From Andalucia godoyi And28 (lineage: Eukaryota > Protista > Jakobida), in the NCBI GenBank assembly GCA_009859145.1, contig VRVR01000035.1, positions 1 through 26,623 on the forward strand: a DNA stretch of 26,623 nucleotides, read 5' to 3'. Made by a program: the position numbers and the translations under genes. Positions 19,134 to 26,623 of the stretch are shown piece after piece. The stretch's first letter is position 1; each line of letters opens with the position of its first letter. Under the pieces are notes generated by a model. That model was not told where the DNA came from, searched no databases, and worked only from the letters and a program-made list of their open reading frames with translations.

Positions 19134-19507
19134 CTTTTTTGGTCCGTTCTTGGCTTCTTCTTATTTCCACCCAATATATATATATATATATGCGTATAAA
19201 GAAAAGAAAATCAAACTGTAAAAATAAAAGAAGAATGGGGAAAACAGACAGAAACAAATAGAAAAACGAAATCGAGAGGGATAGACTCATGAGATCCCGC
19301 GCAATTGAATTTCGGCGCCTCAAAGGTCGGGCCTCAAATGAGTCAATTCCCTCTCTTCGACGGGCTTGGTTCTTTGGCGTTGGTTCAGCCCGCATCTGGG
19401 CGTTTCCGTGTTCTGTTTCTTTTTTTTATTATTTTACTATTTATTTTATTTTTCTCAAAGTTAGAATTTTTCATTTCATTTTTTGTTGTTGGTGTTGGTT
19501 GTGGGCG

Positions 19508-20401
19508 ATGTCGGACGATGAAGGAGTTGTGCTTCCTCGGATGTGCAAGGTTTCGGCAGCAGAGGCTCGGTGGGACCAGACGGAGACTCTGGCGTTTCGT
19601 CAGCGGTTTGAGCGGGTGCGATCGCACATAGAGCAGTGCTGCGCAACGCTGCTGAGTGTTGTGACGAACACGCTAGCGATGGAGGAGGGAGGGATCCCAA
19701 CGGATCTTGTCGATGAACAGATTGGAAAGGTCCAAACTGAAATGATTCGGCTTTGCACTATGCTGTGCAAGCTTGGCTACCAGCAACGGGCTGTCGACCA
19801 GATGACGGCACAGCGATTTGCGATGCCAGAGTACGAATTTGACCCTTCGGCGTCGAATGCGGAACTCGTACGCAAGGATTTGGACAGACATGTGAGAAAA
19901 TGTGCGGATGTATGGGAATCCGTCCTTGCGAGTGCATTCGAGCAGGAAGTGCCAGAGAGCGAGGTGCAGAGCCATCCCAAGATGGTCGAGCTGAACAAGC
20001 GGCTGAGCCAGGTGCTCAGCAGACGGTCCAAGAAGTCAAAAGGGAAGCAGGAGGAACAAAGCACTTCGAATAATGGCAACGACGACGACAGGGAGAGCGA
20101 CGACGACGACGACATGGAGATTGTGGGCACGCAGCGAAGCTACGTCTGCCCAATCACGAAGTCCCTCTTTGTCGACCCGATGAAGTGCACGCTTTGTGGA
20201 CACCACTATTCGAAAGAAGCCATCTTCCGATATCTTCGGTCTGCGGATTCGAGAGGCGTCCGATGCCCTGTTGCGGGATGCAAAACGCAAGTCTCGGTGA
20301 CAGTGCTTGTCGATGACCCCATCATGGCACAACAAACAGAGCTGCATACAAGGACCCAGCGCAGAATCGATGAGAATAATCCAGCACAGATCTGCTTGTG
20401 A
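19508..20401 (+). CDS. NSE2: E3 SUMO ligase NSE2/MMS21 (SMC5/6 subunit), 297 aa
   Basis: SP-RING CPITKSLFVDPMKCTLCGHHYSKEAI...CPVAGC, preceded by acidic DDDDDMEIVG and helical N-terminal arms. Start placed at MSDDE (19508); the upstream part of the track ORF is T-rich and UTR-like. Confidence 0.88.
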   Translation: MSDDEGVVLPRMCKVSAAEARWDQTETLAFRQRFERVRSHIEQCCATLLSVVTNTLAMEEGGIPTDLVDEQIGKVQTEMIRLCTMLCKLGYQQRAVDQMTAQRFAMPEYEFDPSASNAELVRKDLDRHVRKCADVWESVLASAFEQEVPESEVQSHPKMVELNKRLSQVLSRRSKKSKGKQEEQSTSNNGNDDDRESDDDDDMEIVGTQRSYVCPITKSLFVDPMKCTLCGHHYSKEAIFRYLRSADSRGVRCPVAGCKTQVSVTVLVDDPIMAQQTELHTRTQRRIDENNPAQICL

Positions 20402-20873
20402 TGACAACCAGACTTGCAGAATTGATGTAAAGAACGGTATTCGATTACTTTTTTGTTGCTTTATTACATTTCATCTACAAACCTTTTTTTTTTCCTGGGA
20501 GGCAACGAGAACATCACGTTCTTCTGTTGAGCCGGCAACAGCCAAGATTGAAAAGTATGAATAAGTCGTCTGTGGGTACGCATTTCGAAGAACAGCAGAA
20601 AGATAAAGAAAAGGTGACAGAACGAGAAGGAGGAGGGGAAAGTGGAAAGTTGGAAATGTGCATTGCAAACCACGTATTGCGACTGGGTGGGAAACTAGCC
20701 CTGTCGCAAGAATGAAAGACCTGCAAGACTGGAGTTTGTTCTTCCCTGGTTTTTATACTCGGCGATTCACAGGCAACAGGAATCGGCAAGCGATAGACCA
20801 GGGATGCAGAGACAATGGAGACAAGAAGGAGGAAAGGGGGAAATGAGGAAATGAGGAAGAACATACGAGTACG

Positions 20874-21811
20874 CTATACAGCATAGTCGGATCTCTTGAA
20901 ATCCAAGTCCGGTCGCTGGTCATCTGCGTCTCCGTAAAAGATGACCTGTTCGACGTTTGCATCTCTTCGAAACAACTCTGCGAGCCTCTCGGCGCCCTTC
21001 AAATCGGGCTTTTGCAACCGTGCATTCCGGTCCATCTTGTAACTAGCTTGCGAATGAAACACGTACGCATGCACAAAAGCGAGACATTAGACAACCAACT
21101 ACCCAGCCGTGCATTTTGGGCACTTCTAGTATATATACATATTCAACAAACAAACACAAAAATGAAGAAGGAAAAAAATGAAAAAGAAGAATGGAGTCAT
21201 ACTCGATGGATTCGATTGAGGGAAACATCGTTGGAAACGATGATGAAGGCTCTGGTGGTGCCTTTAGGACAAGCGGCGACCGACCGGACGGCACATTCGT
21301 AAACAGTTCTTCCGTTCCCGCCGCAAAGAACCGATTATATCTTCTCCAACCCATCGAAGCTAATCGCAGGGGGGAAACCACACCGAAAAAGAAGAAAGGA
21401 AACAGAAGGAGAAGGAGGAAGAAGAAAAAAGAATCACAGTTAGAGGAAAGAAGACGCCAGTGCGTGATGTGGGGGGTAAGAAATGGAAAACAAGAGAAGA
21501 GAAAAATGAGGAGACATGCGGGTCTCGGCGTGGACCGCCTGTTGGACTTCTTTGGATAGCGCCATTGCAGAGCGAAGGACTCGCAGATCCACGAGTTTTC
21601 TATCGCCGAAAAACTCGGCGATCGCCTCCGTTTGCTTTGCATGATTTGCGACGCTTCGTATAGTCTGGTTCGCTGCCCCCGACTGCGGTGCGCCCAGCAG
21701 TGATGCACTCGTCAGACGAAGAGGCTCTCGCTGCGCCGGACGCAGAATCTGCAACAGACGATACGTCAGCATAAACAGAAACGATGATGACAGTACATAC
21801 GAAAATACCAT
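20874..21811 (-). CDS. Spliced gene, HAD-IIIA / DNA 3'-phosphatase (PNKP)-like, possibly catalytically degenerate
   Basis: Exons 21811(or ATG+21748)-21520, 21359-21203 and 21042-20874 join in one open frame via two 160-nt pyrimidine-rich introns. The last exon has LQKPDLKG...VIFYGDADDQ...SD, resembling HAD motifs III/IV. The exon model and the 3' end are uncertain. Confidence 0.45.
21360..21519 (-). other. Probable GC-AG intron
   Basis: Donor C|GCATGT, long polypyrimidine body, CTCTAAC branch-like site and TTAG| acceptor. A phase-1 join links the only two open frames of the flanking exons. Confidence 0.5.
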
Positions 21812-21901
21812 CACATCAACACACTCACTCACACACACACTCACTCACTGCTCTTCAACACAATGTTTCGGAAATATCAGGAGCAATGTCTGCTCGGAAA
21901 A

Positions 21902-22207
21902 TCAAGCTGTGGTGCTTTCCTCTTCCTGCGAAGACTGGACAGTAGTTCGTACAGCGGGAGAACGGAGAAACTCGGGCTCGTCGAACGGCCCATGGCTCAT
22001 GGCTCTTTGGCGCCGTTTTGGCGCGCAACTCGTGGTTCTCGGCACGGATACACCTCTCACCGGAGCCGCTGGGCTCGCTGACGAATCACAACATATTTCG
22101 TCTTCCGACCCAGGGGACAGCGTGCCGCGGACACCTGGCGCGAAAGAACCCCGCAGCGAGAGCAGTGAAGATGATGAGGGTGACGAGTACCGGTAAGGTG
22201 GGGGCAT
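21902..22207 (-). CDS. Possible small Ser/Pro-rich protein or uORF (101 aa)
   Basis: MPPPYRYSSPSSSS... The ATG lies just after a candidate 59-nt intron (GTAAAT 22269, CTGAC, CAG| 22211). No homology recognised. Confidence 0.25.
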   Translation of the reverse strand: MPPPYRYSSPSSSSLLSLRGSFAPGVRGTLSPGSEDEICCDSSASPAAPVRGVSVPRTTSCAPKRRQRAMSHGPFDEPEFLRSPAVRTTVQSSQEEESTTA

Positions 22208-22355
22208 GCGCTGGCGGAAACAGTCAGACACCATGCTTAGAAAAGAGTAGAGAGAATGATATAATTTACGTGGATCAGAAGAAGAATGGAGAAGGGAAAA
22301 TAGCAGCCAAGCAACGGGGCTGACGAGAAACTGGGGAGGAAAAAAGACGCGATAA

Positions 22356-23069
22356 CTAGGCAAGATCAGGAGGCTGGTACTCGGCTCCGGCAGGAGCTTT
22401 TGACTTTTTGCGTGAACCCGACGAGTCGGTCTTGGAGGGATTGATGTCCTGGTACTGGTCGTCATTGTCTGCATCGTATCCGTACGTGGGCGAAGTGGCG
22501 AGTTCGGATCCGGCCTTCCACAAGAAGAAGAGTCCCACAGCGAGCACGAGGATGGTTATGCCGAGGACGCCCATGAACGCACACAGTCCGACGCCAATGA
22601 TGAGCGGCAAGTGGTCGGATGGCGACGACTGCAGCAACAAGAGCATCATTCCGATCGTGGGGACAGAGTAAAACATGCCTGCCACAAGCTGGAACCGTGC
22701 AAAGAACCACAAGAAACGCTGAGTCCAGCGATATTGAGCTGATGCAGCTTTTCTTGCGAGCTTCTGGCGCACTCTTTCCACAATCAGCGCCAGTGTGAGG
22801 GGATATGTAAGCACCCCAAGGGCATGCAGACCGATGGAAATGCTCACAGCGATGATGGCGCGCAGCTCAAACGTCGCAATCACATCCTTCGCACGGTCCA
22901 TACTGAACGAGTACTCGAGATCCGAGTACGAATATGAAGACGTCGAATGTTCTCTCGCAACCTGGTCCATCACGGAGATCCCCGTCAGCGCCGCAATTGC
23001 AAAAAAGGCGCTCGAGCACGCAGAAAACACAAAGTGACGCCCACTCAGCGTCTCAAATGCAGAAACCAT
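22356..23069 (-). CDS. Hypothetical 4-TM membrane protein (237 aa)
   Basis: ATG to TAG, four hydrophobic segments, and a polar tail with a Tyr sorting-like motif (YQDI). Confidence 0.75.
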   Translation of the reverse strand: MVSAFETLSGRHFVFSACSSAFFAIAALTGISVMDQVAREHSTSSYSYSDLEYSFSMDRAKDVIATFELRAIIAVSISIGLHALGVLTYPLTLALIVERVRQKLARKAASAQYRWTQRFLWFFARFQLVAGMFYSVPTIGMMLLLLQSSPSDHLPLIIGVGLCAFMGVLGITILVLAVGLFFLWKAGSELATSPTYGYDADNDDQYQDINPSKTDSSGSRKKSKAPAGAEYQPPDLA

Positions 23070-23437
23070 CCTTCCTTCCTTCAGCTAAGTTCGTTCCTGT
23101 TCTATCCGGATAGCAAACTACTCTGAAATTATACAGATTCTACAACAAACAAACAAAAAATATATCAAAAGAAAGTGAAATGATCAAAGATCAGCAGAAG
23201 GAAATAGCACAAAAAGATACCAAAACAGAAGTCCATGCATAAAAGGTGGTTGTGAAGTATTTTACTCTTCAATCCAAGCCTTTTCCAAACATTTGGCTCG
23301 CGTGGGTGCGCCTCAAACAGGTTGTTTTGGCGTAAAGTGATTTAAATTTAAAAAAAGCGCCACGAACGAATTTTTATTATTATTTTGTTTTTTACAGTGA
23401 GTAACGGGGATGAATCATGAATGGGGAAGAACCTGGA

Positions 23438-24427
23438 TCAGGGTTTGTACCGGGTGATGAACGCTGGTACTTCTATTCTGCTTTTCAGAGTGGATGCAAT
23501 GGCGAGTGCTGAGATTTGGGATGCAATGACGATGATTCCCCACATGGACACGACCGCCTGTGCATCGACGATGAACATTGCAACAATCAGCGCAACGTCT
23601 GCACACACGACTGCGTCCAGCAGCGCAAGGACGATCCGTGGTCTCTCGGAAAATGCAAACGTCAGAAGCCCTGCTACATCCGTCGCGATCATCAGCCCCA
23701 GAATCGTCTCGTGCGCGTGTCCGATCCACGGCATCTTGGAAAACACCGACGACAAGTCCCCTTGGTCGGCCTCTTCCTCGTCTCCAGCCGCATTGTAACT
23801 ATCACCATGAGAAGAGGAAGAAGAAGAAGAAGAAGAAGAAGAAGAAGAAGAGAAAAGCCAGAGCAGCGCAAGGAGGATGATCCACAGCAGATTCAGCGCG
23901 TACGCAACTCGCAAGCCTCGGGTGTTTCGGGTGCTCCTTCTGAGAGTACTACGGCGGGACCGTGAGATTGCCGCGCCTGCTGATGTTCCTGTTGATGTTG
24001 GGCGATAGTGCGGACTCAGCAGCGATGACTGCTGCGTCACGGCGGCGCCTACGGCTGGGGATTGGGGATTCGTGCCCGTGACGGCCGCCGAGGGAGGTGG
24101 TGGTGAGATATTGATGCTAGGCGGCGGGGCCTCTACAACGAGGAATGCAGCGCCATAGTGCCGGGCAGGATCGCGGACGATGGCATCACGTGCATGGCCG
24201 CTGACGATGCGCGCCACATTTCCCATCGCAGAGGTTGAGGCTGGACCAGAAGAAGGTGGCGTAAGCATCACGCCCGTCACACGATCCGGCGCCGAAGAAA
24301 CTGCACCACTACCCATCGTAGGCGTAGGTGCGGTGCTGTTTGTCTGAAACACCACATGAATGGGAACACTGTCATCGGATACTCGATGCGACGACAGCGG
24401 ATTGCTGCGGAATACGGGTCCAGACAT
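23438..24427 (-). CDS. Hypothetical membrane protein (329 aa): Ser/Pro/Ala-rich N-terminus plus 4 TM
   Basis: Start at MSGPVF (ATG 24427); the track start is GTG in AT-rich sequence. A basic patch (RSRRSTLRR) precedes TM1, and a poly-Ser loop is encoded by a trinucleotide repeat at about 23815-23852. Confidence 0.72.
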   Translation of the reverse strand: MSGPVFRSNPLSSHRVSDDSVPIHVVFQTNSTAPTPTMGSGAVSSAPDRVTGVMLTPPSSGPASTSAMGNVARIVSGHARDAIVRDPARHYGAAFLVVEAPPPSINISPPPPSAAVTGTNPQSPAVGAAVTQQSSLLSPHYRPTSTGTSAGAAISRSRRSTLRRSTRNTRGLRVAYALNLLWIILLALLWLFSSSSSSSSSSSSSSHGDSYNAAGDEEEADQGDLSSVFSKMPWIGHAHETILGLMIATDVAGLLTFAFSERPRIVLALLDAVVCADVALIVAMFIVDAQAVVSMWGIIVIASQISALAIASTLKSRIEVPAFITRYKP

Positions 24428-25378
24428 CGTTCGTATATCTCTCTGAGCCGTATGGCTGTGCGGGCCAGTATCAGTATCAGTATCAGTGCGAGTAGTTGCC
24501 TTTTTTTTCCCCCCTTCGTGAATGCGGTGTTTTTTCTTTTTAAAAAAATTAACAAAATGAATTGGTGAATTGGTTCGTTGCCTTGCCTGCGACGGCTGAC
24601 TGTTTTTGTGCATCAACATTGAACTCAAACAACAACAAAACGATTCTCTTACCGTAGTCAAATCTAGAATTTCTTTTTCATTCTTCACTTTTCTTTCGTT
24701 TCTGTCATTTCTTTCTGTTTGTGTCGATTTATTTTTTTTGTTTTTTTAATCGAACCCTCAAGCAGCACCTTTCATCAAAGACAAAACATCTCACGACTCC
24801 AAAATGGGATCTTCCCAACGAATGCAAACCCGGCCATGCTCGAAGACACTGAGAACCAAGGAAGCCGTTGATTCCCCTCTCTTCGCAACTTGCTGAGCAG
24901 GCTGATGATCGTCAAATCACGAAGAAGTGATCGGTTTGCGTGAGAACACGAGGGATCAAAGGCAAATGCGTCGTCAGGCGCAATATGCAACACCGCCGAC
25001 CACATGCCGTTTCCTCCAACGTTCATTGCTGAATGTTGAATCGACTGGGAGAATATGTCGGTTGCGATGACCAGCAATATACACTGAGGAGTCAGTGCTC
25101 GCCCCAAAATAAAATAAAACCACGTGACTTGGATCTGACTTCGGTGACAGCGTAGCCGATGACCAATAATGATTCATGTTTTGGCGACAGAGGGATTTCC
25201 CAGACTCGGTCAACCGTCGAAAGACACTTCCCGATAAATGTCACTCAAAATGCTTCGTTCACCTTAAAGGCAACTCTTATTAAAAATGACGTTTGTTATT
25301 TTTCGAACTGAGATTTATATAACATAAAGAGGAACCAAAAATGAGATGCAAAATTCGGAATCCCGTTTAATTAAGAAA

Positions 25379-25893
25379 ATGCATCTCGAAGCGAGCGCGG
25401 TTAAAGCCAAAACACTTTGATGTCTCTTCCACGACGCTCAGAAGATGACGGGGCTTCCTCTGGAAAGATCGAGTAAATCGTGGACGCCTCTACTCCGTCG
25501 AATCCATCCGAAAGTACCTCGCAAGCCGCTCCGTCACCACTGCCACGGAAAAAAAGAATGCGAAGAGAAGACGATCTGTTGCGCGAGAGTCTCCAGCGAT
25601 CATCAACGGCCCGATCTCGAAGTGACAAGTCCAAGACCCTTCAAACGACAATATCGCGATCGGGATCGGCTTGAATCGCCCCGGTCTTAAAGACGATGGC
25701 GGAGCGGAAACATCGAAGAAGCTGCGGTTTGCCCACAAAGACCGTGTCGCTCGATTCGGATTCGATCTCCTCAGCTTGGATTTTTCCAGACGTTTGCTGT
25801 TCGACTCGTGGTTCTTTGAAGCATTATTCAATCATATTTGAGCGCCTTTTCTTTAAGCGAAGTGCGCGACGGCTGCCTCGGCCCTTCTCCTGT
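25379..25893 (+). pseudogene. tnpA: IS607-family TnpA serine recombinase pseudogene (MerR-like HTH plus resolvase domain)
   Basis: Colinear motifs across three frames: KHFDVSSTTLRR* (25410-25448), ASSGKIE* (25453-25476), RLYSVESIRKYL (25485-25520), KTICCARVSSDHQRPDLE (25568-25621), IGIGLNRPGL (25659-25688), AHKDRVARFGFDLL (25731-25772), WIF (25777), LVVL (25805) and FSC (25885). Many frameshifts and stops. Confidence 0.85.
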
Positions 25894-25894
25894 G

Positions 25895-26390
25895 AGGAGT
25901 TGTTCGCATAAATCTCATGAAAGCGACGTGAGTGTTGCCAGTACTGATCAAAATTGGTTAGCATTGGAACGAGGCTTTTTTATCTACGAGCCAACGAAAA
26001 CCGATTTGCTTGTGTATCATCGACTGCGACGTCGTATGCAATCATCACACAACAGCTTCGCTATCATCACTCAACAGAGTCCTGGTTTTTTGGTTTTTTC
26101 CCTTTTGGGAGATTCCTACCGGGAAATGACCAGTCTCGTTTTTGACCAGCGTTTCTGTTCCTTACATGTCCCAGTCTTTTACTATAAATGGCTGGCGGGT
26201 TCATACGTCGCAGCAGACATGGTTTGCGAAAAACCGGGAACTTTCCACTTTCGGACTTTTGTTCGGTACTCGGGTGCAAGCAGACAACGCGCTTTTCGTT
26301 CGGGCGTTCGTGGGCAGGAAAAACAGGTTTGTCTTTTTCGGCTTCCATTTCCTTTGAGCAAGTAGCACGGTGCACAAACAACACACCATT
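25895..26390 (-). pseudogene. tnpB: IS607-type TnpB / Fanzor2-like RuvC nuclease pseudogene (C-terminal part)
   Basis: Colinear decayed motifs, family consensus in brackets: CTVLLAQRKW [CRLxxxNGRW] 26374; KRVVCLHPS-x-RT [RVVALDPGVRT] 26294-26268; IAKLLCDD-x-YDV [IAKxLCxNYDV] 26064-26028; VAVDE-YTSKSV [VxEAYTSKTV] 26030-25999; GS*IKK [GGSKIIK]; DQYWQHSRRF/FMRFMRTTP [DRDWNGARGIFLRAL..TP] 25949-25895. Confidence 0.62.
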
Positions 26391-26584
26391 TTGCTGGCAT
26401 GCGTTAGTGTTTGGAGGGGTCTGCTCCTTTTATCGCCGGATTAGTTGCGGATGTTGCCCCACCATCCAACGTCTGCCTCCACACACAATGACGCCTAAAA
26501 TACAACCTGTCCAGTAGCATTCACAATGCACCAACGAGAAGGTTTTGAGAACCGATATAAAAGTGCGTTATCTTGCTTTTTTCC

Positions 26585-26623
26585 GTCCTTCCTTCTTTCC
26601 TTTCTTCCTTCCTTTCCTTCCTT
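26585..26623. repeat. (TTCC)n-like polypyrimidine microsatellite
   Basis: Direct sequence; runs off the window end. Confidence 0.9.

Larger units (their letters stand above)
25379..26390. mobile_element. Degenerate IS607-like element (tnpA plus tnpB/Fanzor2 relics); ends not identified
   Basis: Juxtaposition of the two pseudogenes that define IS607 elements. No intact left/right ends or GG insertion site were discernible. Confidence 0.7.

Noticed and set aside
25812-25831. Minus-strand NASKN resembling the TnpB RuvC-III motif
   Set aside because: It overlaps the tnpA LVVL segment, and a better RuvC-III remnant lies at 25949-25895.
25420-25911. Single frame MSLPRR...*...* suggesting stop-codon readthrough or a variant genetic code
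   Set aside because: TAA, TAG and TGA all terminate well-supported genes in this window. The region is explained by the frameshifted tnpA.
25838-26365. 175-aa plus-strand ORF read as a gene, or as a TnpB N-terminus (IYEPTK...HN)
   Set aside because: TTG start, and it is antisense to the better-supported, multi-motif tnpB relic. The YPT..N spacing lacks the intervening FG..R residues.
1-26623. CRISPR arrays, tRNA/rRNA genes, prokaryotic operons
   Set aside because: None seen. Repeats are simple microsatellites and the gene content is eukaryotic.

Overview
Eukaryotic, gene-dense, intron-poor DNA of about 50% GC, with AT- or microsatellite-rich spacers. All three stop codons end genes, so the code is standard. 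A compact protist genome is inferred; the species cannot be fixed from this window. About 12 genes are supportable: a secreted His-rich protein, a Tweety homologue with a C-terminal zinc finger, FAM91A1, a 1356-aa multi-domain GT2-like membrane protein with degenerate catalytic motifs, a 7TM-RGS protein, an F-box/LRR protein, an SDR, an unknown helical protein head-to-head with NSE2/MMS21, a spliced HAD-like gene with a probable GC-AG intron, and two unknown 4-TM proteins. The main discovery is invisible in the ORF track. At about 25380-26390 lies a frameshift-shattered IS607-family transposon relic: a serine-recombinase tnpA pseudogene (+) abutting, tail to tail, a TnpB/Fanzor2-type RuvC nuclease pseudogene (-). 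All family assignments come from motifs recalled and aligned by eye; no searches were run.
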